Assembly: GCA_023142915.1 (NCBI GenBank)
Contig: JAGLIO010000001.1
Coordinates: 126 to 64,125 of the forward strand
Direction: 5' to 3'
Length of the DNA: 64,000 nucleotides
Origin: Candidatus Parcubacteria bacterium
Lineage (GTDB): Bacteria; Patescibacteriota; Patescibacteriia; Patescibacteriales; UBA12075
The stretch's first letter is position 1. Each line of letters begins with the position of its first letter. The notes under the pieces are model-generated. The model was not told where the DNA came from and made no database searches. It saw nothing but the letters and a program-made list of their open reading frames with translations. The position numbers and the translations under genes were made by a program. This document shows positions 20,843 through 29,911 of the stretch, piece by piece.

Positions 20843-21061
20843 ATGACAAAAAAATTAGAAAATTTTGAATTAGAAAATTTTGAATTTTTTAAAAATCTTA
20901 TTTTTGGAACGCTCCTTGTGGCGTGCGCGATCGCAAGTATACTTGGTATTTTTTTTGAACTGTCTCTACCATATGTGATTATTCCAATTGGAATAATAAT
21001 ATTAATTCTTGTGATCGGAGTAGTATGCAATGCCAGCCCAAAATTAGACTTACCAGTATAA
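20843..21061 (+). CDS. Small two-TM membrane protein (orphan)
   Basis: Strong AAGGAGGTG SD upstream, two hydrophobic segments, own terminator. Confidence 0.7.
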   Translation: MTKKLENFELENFEFFKNLIFGTLLVACAIASILGIFFELSLPYVIIPIGIIILILVIGVVCNASPKLDLPV

Positions 21062-21067
21062 CCACTT

Positions 21068-21103
21068 TAGGATGCCAAATAAAACTGGCATCCTACTTTT
21101 TTT
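21068..21103 (+). terminator. Intrinsic terminator
   Basis: TAGGATGCCA-aataaaac-TGGCATCCTA followed by a T-tract. Confidence 0.8.
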
Positions 21104-21106
21104 ATT

Positions 21107-21198
21107 TTGAACGTATGATTAAGACGATTACCTAATATATTATGATTATTAAAAAAATAATCATGGTCAATCTTTTAATCAGGTAAATCATGGTTCAA
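21107..21198. repeat. Degenerate palindromic (MITE/REP-like) element
   Basis: Ends TTGAACgtATGATT and AATCATGGTTCAA form an imperfect inverted repeat; internal repeated AATCATGGT/TGATTA motifs. Confidence 0.45.
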
Positions 21199-21202
21199 GA
21201 CA

Positions 21203-21301
21203 TTACATAAAAGCCACGCCGATTGTCCACATAACCATGGTAAAAATTATCATCGCGCTAAGGATTGTCCAAACTATTTTTGTAATTATTTTTTTTTTCA
21301 T
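21203..21301 (-). CDS. 32-aa single-TM small protein (DUF4044-like)
   Basis: MKKKIITKIVWTILSAMIIFTMVMWTIGVAFM*, starting 5 bp after the lepA stop. Confidence 0.55.
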   Translation of the reverse strand: MKKKIITKIVWTILSAMIIFTMVMWTIGVAFM

Positions 21302-21306
21302 AAATA

Positions 21307-23109
21307 TTATTTTTTTAACAACTTAACAAAAGTATCACTTGGAATATCAACGCTTCCCTTTCCTGCCGCCATCATTTTTTTCTTGCCTTTCTTTTGTTTT
21401 TCCAATAATTTTCTTTTACGGCTGACATCGCCGCCGTATAACTTGGCGGTTACGTCTTTGCGCATAGCTGAAATTCTTTCGCCTGCTATTACTTTGCCAC
21501 CTATTGCCGCCTGCAGTTTTAAAACAAACATCTGCTTGGGCATGCTTGTCTTTAAAATATTGACAATTTCTTTTCCGCGTTTGAACGCATCATCTTCATA
21601 AACAATCGTGGACAAAGCTTCAACGTTTTCTTCGGCAACCAAAATATCCATTTTAATAACTTTTGCCTCTCTGTAATCTAAAAACTCATAATTTATTGAC
21701 GCGTAGCCGGAGCTGACGCTTTTAATTTTATCATAAAAATCAGTTAAAATCGCGCTCATGGGAATACTGTAATGCAAAATCGCGCGAGTTTTGTCAATAT
21801 ACTCGGTATTTTTATAAACCCCGCGCTTTTCTTGGGCTAAACTCATAATATTGCCCACATATTCTTTGGGAGTAATAATATCTAAAATCACCCAAGGTTC
21901 TTCAATTTTTTCAATTTTCTCCCGCGCCGGAAATTGCTGGGGCGTGCGCATGGTAAATTCTTCTCCATTTTTTAAATATACCTGATAAGCAACGCTTGGC
22001 AGTGTTACGATTAGTTCAAGGTTAAATTCCCGCCTTAATCTTTCCTGAAAAATTTCCAAGTGCAGTATTCCCAAGAATCCACATCTAAAACCAAAACCCA
22101 AGGCATGCGAATGTTCCGGCTCATAAATTAAAGCCGCGTCATTTAATTTTAAGCGATCAACCGCTTCTCTAAGTTCATTATATTCATTGCCTTCTTTGGG
22201 AAAAATTCCGGCAAAAACCATGGGCTTAACCTCAGTATAACCTTTAAGCGGATGAACAGGGCATTGCCCTGTTCTTACAGAAGAATTTTTTAACAAAGTA
22301 ACCGTATCGCCGACACGGCATTCACTGACATTCTTAAAACCGGTAACAATATAACCAATCTCCCCTGCTTTTAGCTCGCCTGTCGCATGGTAAGTCGGCT
22401 TGAATATTCCCACATCCAAAGCATCGCTTTCCGCGCCAGTAGCCAATAATTTTATTTTATCACCTTTTTTAATACAGCCGTCAAACATTCTCACGTAAGC
22501 CACTACGCCTTTGTATTCATCGTAATTTGAATCAAAAATCAACGCGCGCGAAAAATTTTCATCACCAGCCTTTTTGGGGCAAGGAACGTGCTTAATCACT
22601 GCTTCCAGTATATCCTTAACCCCTTCTCCTGTTTTACCGGAAGCATAAATAATTTCATTTTTATCGCATCCCAAAAGTTCAACAATTTCCCTCTCAGTTT
22701 TATCTTTATCAGCCGCCGGCAAATCAATCTTATTCGCGACCGGAATTATAGTTAAATCCTGTTCCATTGCCAAATATAAATTTGCCAAAGTTTGCGCTTG
22801 TATTCCCTGTGTGGCGTCAACTAAAAGAATCGCGCCCTCAACAGCCGCCAAACTGCGCGAAACTTCATAATTAAAATCAACATGTCCGGGAGTGTCAATT
22901 AAATTCAATGTATAATCATCGTATTTCATGGTAACCGGCTGCAATTTAATGGTGATTCCTCTCTCCCTTTCCAAATCCATTTGATCTAAAATTTGGTTTT
23001 TCATTTTTCTTTTATCAATCGTGCCGGTTAATTCAAGCATCCTGTCGGCCAAGGTTGATTTGCCATGGTCAATATGCGCGATTATGCAAAAATTCCTAAT
23101 ATTTTTCAT
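21307..23109 (-). CDS. lepA: Elongation factor 4 (LepA)
   Basis: NFCIIAHIDHGKSTLADR, DTPGHVDF, GFRCGFLG.LH, KDVTAKLYGGD..RKRKLLEKQK. Confidence 0.98.
   Translation of the reverse strand: MKNIRNFCIIAHIDHGKSTLADRMLELTGTIDKRKMKNQILDQMDLERERGITIKLQPVTMKYDDYTLNLIDTPGHVDFNYEVSRSLAAVEGAILLVDATQGIQAQTLANLYLAMEQDLTIIPVANKIDLPAADKDKTEREIVELLGCDKNEIIYASGKTGEGVKDILEAVIKHVPCPKKAGDENFSRALIFDSNYDEYKGVVAYVRMFDGCIKKGDKIKLLATGAESDALDVGIFKPTYHATGELKAGEIGYIVTGFKNVSECRVGDTVTLLKNSSVRTGQCPVHPLKGYTEVKPMVFAGIFPKEGNEYNELREAVDRLKLNDAALIYEPEHSHALGFGFRCGFLGILHLEIFQERLRREFNLELIVTLPSVAYQVYLKNGEEFTMRTPQQFPAREKIEKIEEPWVILDIITPKEYVGNIMSLAQEKRGVYKNTEYIDKTRAILHYSIPMSAILTDFYDKIKSVSSGYASINYEFLDYREAKVIKMDILVAEENVEALSTIVYEDDAFKRGKEIVNILKTSMPKQMFVLKLQAAIGGKVIAGERISAMRKDVTAKLYGGDVSRKRKLLEKQKKGKKKMMAAGKGSVDIPSDTFVKLLKK
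22254..22278 (-). repeat. Intragenic GTAG-type REP-like palindrome in lepA
   Basis: Minus strand GTAA-GAACAGGGCA-A-TGCCCTGTTC; same stem as the element at 56780 in ileS. Confidence 0.8.
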
Positions 23110-24275
23110 AAAACAATTTTTACTTCAAACTCTTTATTGTCTCGCAAGTACTTAATTAATATTTCGTCTTTTACTGAAAAATGTTTTAAAATATTCTCTA
23201 ATTTATTTGTTTCATCAAGCAAAATATTATTAATTGATAAAATTATATCACCTGTTTTTAGTCCCGCCTTTTCCGCCAAACTCCCTTTATTAACAGCTGT
23301 TCCTGTTTCATTAGGATAAATCAAGGCTCCTTTATTAATATGGTCTTTATTAAATACAAAATCTGATAAATCAAGATAATTTATTCCCAATTTCGGATAT
23401 TCTATTTTTTCATTGCCCAATAAACAATCTATGCAAGGCGCAAGATCGCTTATTAATTTAATTTCGCCTTTATTGCCGATTAAAGCGATTAAATCGCTAT
23501 TAAGATTAAAAACAAAAGAGCCCCAAAAATCACTGCTGGGAACAGCCGCAAGCTTAATTTTATTAAAAAAATTATCGCTTGTCTTATATAATTTCTTATC
23601 ATCCTTATTTTTGTCAACAATTGTTGACAAAAAAGAACTTCCATCCCAGTTAACTGCTAAAACCATCTGACCGTTATGAACATTTTTCGCTTCAACAAAA
23701 ACTTTAACAGGCAAATCATTGGCTTGTATTTTCCAAAAAGAATAACCGGTAACCGTGTCCAATATAATCTTTTCTATTGAATATATTTTTTTATTATTAT
23801 CAATAATTACATACCCGGCGATTATGTTTTCTTTGGTTTTTGTGGCAATGTCGCTGTTATATGATTTTGGAGTATAGCTGGAAATAATCCAGCCATCGCT
23901 GGTTATAACCAAGCCTTGCCCGACTTCGTCTTTTAAATTATAAGCTGTTTCAATAATATTTTTTATGTTTTTGTCTGATTTTTCGTCCGTAATTTTCTTT
24001 TTTTCAAAAATCGCCACAATACTGTTATTTGCGGAATTTATTGTTTCCAGCGCCTTAGTGTTTTGTTCAACAATAACTTTTTTCGCTCCTCTAATAACCA
24101 ATCCTTGTTGCCCAAAATAATTGCCTGACAAATTTATCTCGCCTAAAAGCGGTATATTAAACGCTTTTTCCAAAACATAAACACGGGCAATAACCGTCCC
24201 TACAAGACCGCTTAGCATTCCGAATATTGTTGCCAATACAACAATTAAAATTATTTTATTATTAGTTTTTTTCAT
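23106..24275 (-). CDS. HtrA/DegP-like S1C-PDZ membrane protein, catalytic residues apparently degenerate
   Basis: N-terminal TM, GQGLVITSDGWIIS, C-terminal PDZ (GSLAEKAGLKTGDIILSIN); lacks TNxH and GNSGG. Confidence 0.75.
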   Translation of the reverse strand: MKKTNNKIILIVVLATIFGMLSGLVGTVIARVYVLEKAFNIPLLGEINLSGNYFGQQGLVIRGAKKVIVEQNTKALETINSANNSIVAIFEKKKITDEKSDKNIKNIIETAYNLKDEVGQGLVITSDGWIISSYTPKSYNSDIATKTKENIIAGYVIIDNNKKIYSIEKIILDTVTGYSFWKIQANDLPVKVFVEAKNVHNGQMVLAVNWDGSSFLSTIVDKNKDDKKLYKTSDNFFNKIKLAAVPSSDFWGSFVFNLNSDLIALIGNKGEIKLISDLAPCIDCLLGNEKIEYPKLGINYLDLSDFVFNKDHINKGALIYPNETGTAVNKGSLAEKAGLKTGDIILSINNILLDETNKLENILKHFSVKDEILIKYLRDNKEFEVKIVL

Positions 24276-24279
24276 AAAT

Positions 24280-25062
24280 TTATATCCATCTGGCGGTAAA
24301 AATTACCGCAAATATGCTTAAAAAACCGAAAATCAGGTACATTTTAATAATTTGCGCGTTTAATTTCCCGATTAAATAAAATCTTACTATGCCTATTCCG
24401 ATATAATACGCGACAGCTAAAATCAAGCCTAAAATATAAAAGCTTAAAGACAAAAAAGAAATTGACCAAGCCAATTCAATATATGTTAAAGGCAAGATTA
24501 TTATATACAATAAACTTGCCTTAGTCAAAATTTTGTTTGCCCAAAAAACTTGATAAACAATTAAAGTTATAATCAAAAGCAAAAAAATCATTATGCTCCA
24601 AACATCAATTCCCAAAAATGACTGAAAACCGTAAATAGCTGAAGCGAAAAAATATAACGTTAAAAAATTTCCATAAGAAGAAAAATTTTCCAGCGCGTTT
24701 TTTTTATAATAGCTTGGTTTTAATAAAAATTCATATACGGAACGAAAATAAAAATTTAAAAATAAAAAAATTATTATTATTAAAATCTGAACCAAGTACC
24801 CATAAGGCATTAAGGTGCTGAACATTACTCCGCTTGACAAAAATAAAAAAGGCAATAAACAATAATTCCAGGCATTTTCATTTTTTTTGCTTTCAACAAT
24901 AAACTGCCTGATTGTAAAAAAAAACAGCAAAAGCAAAAATGCCAGCATGATATAAATTACCCTTGCGTTAAAACTGTAAAATTCCAAGAATATTAAAGAT
25001 AAAAACGGGGTTGCCAGCGGCAAATAGCGATTAAAGCGCATAAAAATTAAATTAAAATTCAA
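24280..25062 (-). CDS. Polytopic membrane protein of unknown function
   Basis: 260 aa, about 8-9 hydrophobic helices. Confidence 0.8.
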   Translation of the reverse strand: MNFNLIFMRFNRYLPLATPFLSLIFLEFYSFNARVIYIMLAFLLLLFFFTIRQFIVESKKNENAWNYCLLPFLFLSSGVMFSTLMPYGYLVQILIIIIFLFLNFYFRSVYEFLLKPSYYKKNALENFSSYGNFLTLYFFASAIYGFQSFLGIDVWSIMIFLLLIITLIVYQVFWANKILTKASLLYIIILPLTYIELAWSISFLSLSFYILGLILAVAYYIGIGIVRFYLIGKLNAQIIKMYLIFGFLSIFAVIFTARWI

Positions 25063-25388
25063 GTAAAAAGATTTTTATCGTCAACTTCCAGCCAATCATT
25101 TTCATTGTCATCCCATTTGTAGATAATTAACTTATGGCTTTTTTCGGTTTCACTGTAAACATAATCAACCTTTGTGTCAGAACCTATTCGTCTTGAGTAA
25201 ATAGTTTTTTTATCAAGAACAACAGGTCTTGAAATAAATTCAAGCCTCATTAAGCCCAATGGACCTTCAAATTCTATAAATTCAATGTCCACTCCTCCTT
25301 CTTCGTCAATATTAGATTTGCCTTCATCATTGATTGTAAAATTGTCTTTAATGTTTCCAACAACATTTTCCCATTTTTCCGGCAGCAT
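25059..25388 (-). CDS. Hypothetical protein
   Basis: ATG at 25388 (MLPEKW...); the longer ORF start lies inside a repeat element. Confidence 0.75.
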   Translation of the reverse strand: MLPEKWENVVGNIKDNFTINDEGKSNIDEEGGVDIEFIEFEGPLGLMRLEFISRPVVLDKKTIYSRRIGSDTKVDYVYSETEKSHKLIIYKWDDNENDWLEVDDKNLFT

Positions 25389-25393
25389 ATATT

Positions 25394-25451
25394 TCAAGTT
25401 ATGCCCAAAGGGCACTAACAGTAGTCGGGAATATTTAAATTCCTTGACTAT
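25394..25451 (-). repeat. 58-bp two-hairpin dispersed element, copy 1
   Basis: 57/58 identical to the reverse complement of 62790-62847. Confidence 0.92.
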
Positions 25452-25454
25452 TAA

Positions 25455-26498
25455 TTAATAATAAACCGCTTGCGTTTCCAAGTCTCTTTTTCTATTGCGC
25501 GCGACGTCTTCGCTGATTACTCCGTTTTTTAACAAATTATCTATTGATTTATTCATTGTTATCATACCATCTTTCACCCCCATTTGAATAGTGGAATAAA
25601 TTTGCTCTGTTTTATTATCGCGAATTAAATTTGCTATCGCGCGGTTATTAATCATTATTTCCCTGGCCGCCGTTAATCCTCCTCCTTTTTTTGGCAATAA
25701 TTGCTGAGAAATAACAGCTCTTAGAACAGAGGCAAGCTGGCCGGTAATTGAATTTTGATTTTGCAAAGGAAAAAAATCCACTATTCTTTCAACTGTTTCC
25801 GGGGCAGTTGTCGTATGCAGGGTGGAAAGGACTAAATGTCCGGTTTTCGCGGCTGTCAACGCCGCGGAAATAGTTTCAAGATCGCGCATTTCACCAACCA
25901 TAATCACATTAGGGTCTTGCCTTAAAGCGTATTTTAAAGCATCTGCAAAACCTGTTGTATCCCGTCCAAGCTGCCTTTGTTCAACAATGCTTTGCTTATC
26001 AGTAAAATCATACTCAATCGGATCTTCAATCGTAATTATATGCGAGCGCCTTTCCGCGTTTATTATATCAAGCATAACCGCCAAAGTGGTTGATTTGCCC
26101 GTTCCCGAAGGCCCTGTTAGCAATATTAAACCGTCTTTTAGATGAGTTAAAGAATAAATTATTTCATTTAAGCCGATCTCTTTTGCAGTTGGGATTTTTT
26201 TAGGAACCAGGCGGGCGGTTAAACCGATTTTGCCTCCCTGAAAATGAAGGTTAACCCGAAATCTGTTATCAAAAAATTCCATTGACATATCCATATCTCT
26301 TTTTCTTTCAAATCTGTCTTTTGTGTATTTATCCAAATAAAGGTAAAGAGCGTGCTTTAACTCGCCATAAGGAATAGCCTTTTCTTTAAAGCGAATTAAC
26401 TCGCCTGATACGCGCAATGCAGGCACGCTTCCTTCAACCAAATGCAAATCAGATGCGTTATTTTCAATAGCGGTTTTAAAATAAGGTTCTAACTCCAT
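25455..26498 (-). CDS. pilT: Type IV pilus retraction ATPase PilT/PilU
   Basis: ASDLHL, GPSGTGKSTT, TIEDPIE, ALRQDPNVIMVGEMRD, TGHLVLSTLHT, AIANLIR. Confidence 0.92.
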   Translation of the reverse strand: MELEPYFKTAIENNASDLHLVEGSVPALRVSGELIRFKEKAIPYGELKHALYLYLDKYTKDRFERKRDMDMSMEFFDNRFRVNLHFQGGKIGLTARLVPKKIPTAKEIGLNEIIYSLTHLKDGLILLTGPSGTGKSTTLAVMLDIINAERRSHIITIEDPIEYDFTDKQSIVEQRQLGRDTTGFADALKYALRQDPNVIMVGEMRDLETISAALTAAKTGHLVLSTLHTTTAPETVERIVDFFPLQNQNSITGQLASVLRAVISQQLLPKKGGGLTAAREIMINNRAIANLIRDNKTEQIYSTIQMGVKDGMITMNKSIDNLLKNGVISEDVARNRKRDLETQAVYY

Positions 26499-26551
26499 TA
26501 TTCATTTTGCTAATATTTATATAAATATTATAACATTTTTAAAAATAAAAT

Positions 26552-28465
26552 TCAAAAAAATAAAAAAATATCCACTTCTTTTTCCTCATCATCATCTTCA
26601 ATTTTTTTAATCAACCGATACAAAGTAAAATCGCTTGTTACTTGCTGTATTTTTTCTATTTCAAGTCCTGCTTCAGCCAAGCGCTTGTTATTTAAATAAT
26701 CAATATCTCTTTGTGGCAATGTAAAATTATAATAATACACAGGCAATAATTCAACAAGATTGGAGTATTTCGCGACCATTCTTTTATCGTCAAACAAGCC
26801 GACAATCACTTTGCGTTCAGGAAAAAGCAATTTGTCATGATAAAAAGTTATGATCGCGGAATTATTTTCAGTTAATTTTAAAACTTGGCTGTATTCAGCC
26901 CTGCTATTCTTTTGGCGCTGAGCTAAAAATATCAAGCCCTCTTCAGAACCGTATAAAACAAACGACAATGATCCGTAAAAAAATATTATTAAAAAAATTA
27001 CTCTTAAGCTAATATAATAAAATTCCTTATTTACTTTATAGGAAAACAAATTTATTTTCTTTCTTTTTTCTTGATAAAATTTATTGCAAAGCGAAGCAAT
27101 CGCGCGAGTGAAGCGCATCACAAACAAACTGGCAAAAGGCATTGCTCCCAAATAAATCGGCAGCCAATAGCGCGTGTAAGAATTGCCGATTGTGTGCCGG
27201 GTTTTATCCGGATTATCATAAAATTCCCAGCTGCCGTAATATATAATCAATATTCCGGAAATTATTAACAAAGAAAAAACATACAGCCAATGCCTTTTTT
27301 TATACTTGCGAAAATTTATCAAAAATATAATCGCGCCAACAAAAGCCGTCCAAAAAAGCCAAGAAAACATTTGCGCGAAATAAATAATCGCCATATTCAT
27401 GCTTTGTCGGGGATGAAGCCCGAAATAAAAAACAAAATCTTTAACTTTATTTAACAGCTCTCCGCATAAAGAAAAATCGCCCTTGACTGTTGAGCCGGCT
27501 AAACCGGAGCTTGCTTTGGCAATCGCCATGATTGATTGGTTCATTTCCGAATATCCGCCCAGATAATACGAGCCGTAAAGCGCTTTATTAAAATGCAATG
27601 CCGGCAGAATAGCAATTAATAAAAAAACAAGATAAACAAGCAAGCGGCTAAGCCCTATTTTTTTAATATTAAAAATCCATAAAAAAACAAGCATTGGCAA
27701 AAGCCATAACAGCTCGGAAGAACGGATCATTATTGTCGCGCCCATAAAAGCGCCTGCAAGCGCCGCAAACAAAAAATCCAAATAATAATTTTTATTTTTT
27801 TTATTATTCTTAAAAAATAATTTTATTCTTTTTGATAATTCAATCTTCTTTTTTGATTTATTTTTTAAATATTTAAGCCGTCCGCGGGCAAGAAGCAGGC
27901 TGTAATACAAACTTATAATCAAAAAAACAACAAACAATACATTATGAAACATGCTTCTAGCCGTGAAATAAATAAATGGCGGAAAAACTGCCAGCATTGA
28001 AGCTGAAAACCAAGCGTTGCTTTTATTAAAAATTCTTTTAACTAGCAAATAAAAATAAATAATGCCTATGGACGCGAAAAAAGGCGTTAAATACGGAATA
28101 ACTTTATATCCGAAAATTGAAGCGATTTTTCCGTAAACAAGTATCATTCCTAAAAAACTAACAGGCTTTAAACTGCCGTAATCCGAACGAAAACTTCGCG
28201 GATGCATTATATCGCCGGTAAATAAATTATAATTTTCTTCAATATTTAACTTGCTCTCTTGCGCGTAAAGCTTGGTAAAAATATAATTCGCTGTTTCATC
28301 CGGAGATGCCCATTTAACAAATTCTTGCCTTTGTCCGTTCTCGTCAACAAATTGCTGGGTATAATAGCTAAGACTGCTTGTGCCGATAAAAAAAACAAGG
28401 CTTAAAAGAATAATTGCCAAAAGCTGCCAATTTTTTTTGATTTTTTTTATAAAAATAAATTTCAT
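26552..28465 (-). CDS. GT-C fold (ArnT/PMT-like) membrane glycosyltransferase
   Basis: SPDE motif after the first TM, many TM helices, RYWLP motif; ATG at 28465 preferred. Confidence 0.7.
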   Translation of the reverse strand: MKFIFIKKIKKNWQLLAIILLSLVFFIGTSSLSYYTQQFVDENGQRQEFVKWASPDETANYIFTKLYAQESKLNIEENYNLFTGDIMHPRSFRSDYGSLKPVSFLGMILVYGKIASIFGYKVIPYLTPFFASIGIIYFYLLVKRIFNKSNAWFSASMLAVFPPFIYFTARSMFHNVLFVVFLIISLYYSLLLARGRLKYLKNKSKKKIELSKRIKLFFKNNKKNKNYYLDFLFAALAGAFMGATIMIRSSELLWLLPMLVFLWIFNIKKIGLSRLLVYLVFLLIAILPALHFNKALYGSYYLGGYSEMNQSIMAIAKASSGLAGSTVKGDFSLCGELLNKVKDFVFYFGLHPRQSMNMAIIYFAQMFSWLFWTAFVGAIIFLINFRKYKKRHWLYVFSLLIISGILIIYYGSWEFYDNPDKTRHTIGNSYTRYWLPIYLGAMPFASLFVMRFTRAIASLCNKFYQEKRKKINLFSYKVNKEFYYISLRVIFLIIFFYGSLSFVLYGSEEGLIFLAQRQKNSRAEYSQVLKLTENNSAIITFYHDKLLFPERKVIVGLFDDKRMVAKYSNLVELLPVYYYNFTLPQRDIDYLNNKRLAEAGLEIEKIQQVTSDFTLYRLIKKIEDDDEEKEVDIFLFF

Positions 28466-28526
28466 AAAAAATAGTATTAAAAAATTATTATTTAATACTA
28501 GCAAATATCTTTAATTTTGGCAAATA

Positions 28527-28566
28527 AAAACAATAAAACTCCCAATTCGGGAGTTTTATTGTTTTT
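28527..28566. terminator. Intrinsic terminator
   Basis: AAAACAATAAAACTCCC-aattc-GGGAGTTTTATTGTTTT. Confidence 0.8.
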
Positions 28567-28581
28567 ATATTTTAGTTTATT

Positions 28582-29790
28582 TTAATATTGTTCAAGGATA
28601 CTATCATCAACATTGTTAATCAGTTGTCCGGCGTAATTTTTAAGTTCTTCCAGACTGACAATATGCTTCTTTTTTCCGTTTACTATTACATAGGTTTTAA
28701 AATTTTTGCCGCGAAGCAAGGCGCCGTTGCCATATTTTTCTCCCAATATGCTTGCCCCCCCGTATTGCGCTAAAATTTCATCATCAACGTCCGTAATCGG
28801 CTGGCCCGCGTATTTTCTTAATTCTTGCAAAGTACTGATATGCTGTTTAACGCCGTTAACAATAACATATACTTTCATATTTCTACTGCGAATTAAGGCT
28901 CCGTTTCCGTATTCGGCGCCGAGCATACCTGTTCCGCCATATTGCGCCAATATTTCATCATCAACGTCCGTAATCGGCTGGCACGCGTATTTTCTTAATT
29001 TTTGCAAAGTATTAATGTGTTCTTTAACGCCATTATTGATGATATATATTTTTTTGTTGTTGCCGCGGATTAAAGCGCCGTCCGCGTAAAATCCGGCTTC
29101 TGATGCTGTTGAAACTTCAAATTCATCATCGCCCGCTTTCACTTCTTTTTTAATTTCCGATTTTACTTTTTTCTGTTGCTCTTTGGCAAGGCTAACAGAA
29201 TTTTGGCTGTTGCCATACATAACCGCGAAAATGCTTAAATGATTAACAGAAAAAGTAACTTTGCCGTTTGTTGAATCAAAATCAGCTCCCGGAATTTTAA
29301 CCCATTCATTTGTTTCGCTTTTAAAACAATAAACATCTACGCCCGAAATATCTCCGGGCATATCAGGCAATATAATGGTTATTACCATGTCTTTGCTAAA
29401 AGCTGTTATTGCATTATTATCTTCGTCTTTAGCGGTAATGCTGAATATTTTGCTTCCTATTATAAAAGCGTCGCCGTCCGGTTTTTGATTGGCGCTTGCG
29501 GCGCTCATTTGAATTTTAAAGGTTGCTCTGGTGTTTGCGGCTACGGTCTCTTTTGGAATCTCTAATTTTACTGTTCCTTGTTCTCCAAAATTGTTAGTGG
29601 CAGCCCCTTCTTGCTGAGACGACAATGTCATTGGATAATTAATTGCCGTAACAATTTTCGGCGCCGTTGATGATACGCCTCCACCTCCGCCATATCCTGA
29701 AGCGGCTTTAAATCCGAACAAAGAAATGGCGAAAATAAAACCTGTTAAGGCAATGGTTTTAAAATAAAATAATTTTTTTAATGAGTTCAT
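28582..29790 (-). CDS. Secreted surface/S-layer-like protein with three C-terminal ~59-aa repeats
   Basis: Signal peptide, VNHLSIFA beta-domain motif, repeats GALIR..K.Y.I.NG.K.HI.TL..L.KYA.QPI.DVDD with 177-bp DNA period. Confidence 0.75.
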   Translation of the reverse strand: MNSLKKLFYFKTIALTGFIFAISLFGFKAASGYGGGGGVSSTAPKIVTAINYPMTLSSQQEGAATNNFGEQGTVKLEIPKETVAANTRATFKIQMSAASANQKPDGDAFIIGSKIFSITAKDEDNNAITAFSKDMVITIILPDMPGDISGVDVYCFKSETNEWVKIPGADFDSTNGKVTFSVNHLSIFAVMYGNSQNSVSLAKEQQKKVKSEIKKEVKAGDDEFEVSTASEAGFYADGALIRGNNKKIYIINNGVKEHINTLQKLRKYACQPITDVDDEILAQYGGTGMLGAEYGNGALIRSRNMKVYVIVNGVKQHISTLQELRKYAGQPITDVDDEILAQYGGASILGEKYGNGALLRGKNFKTYVIVNGKKKHIVSLEELKNYAGQLINNVDDSILEQY

Positions 29791-29911
29791 AAAAAAATTT
29801 AAATTTATTTTTTAAAAAATAAATACATTGCACACTTATCCACATAGTAATATATATATAATATAACATATCTCTGTTAATGCGTCAAAAAATTTGCTAA
29901 AATAAAAACAC

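Noticed and set aside
25389-25415. Extended N-terminus MPFGHNLKY of the 118-aa ORF
   Set aside because: Derived from the 58-bp repeat element; ATG at 25388 is more plausible
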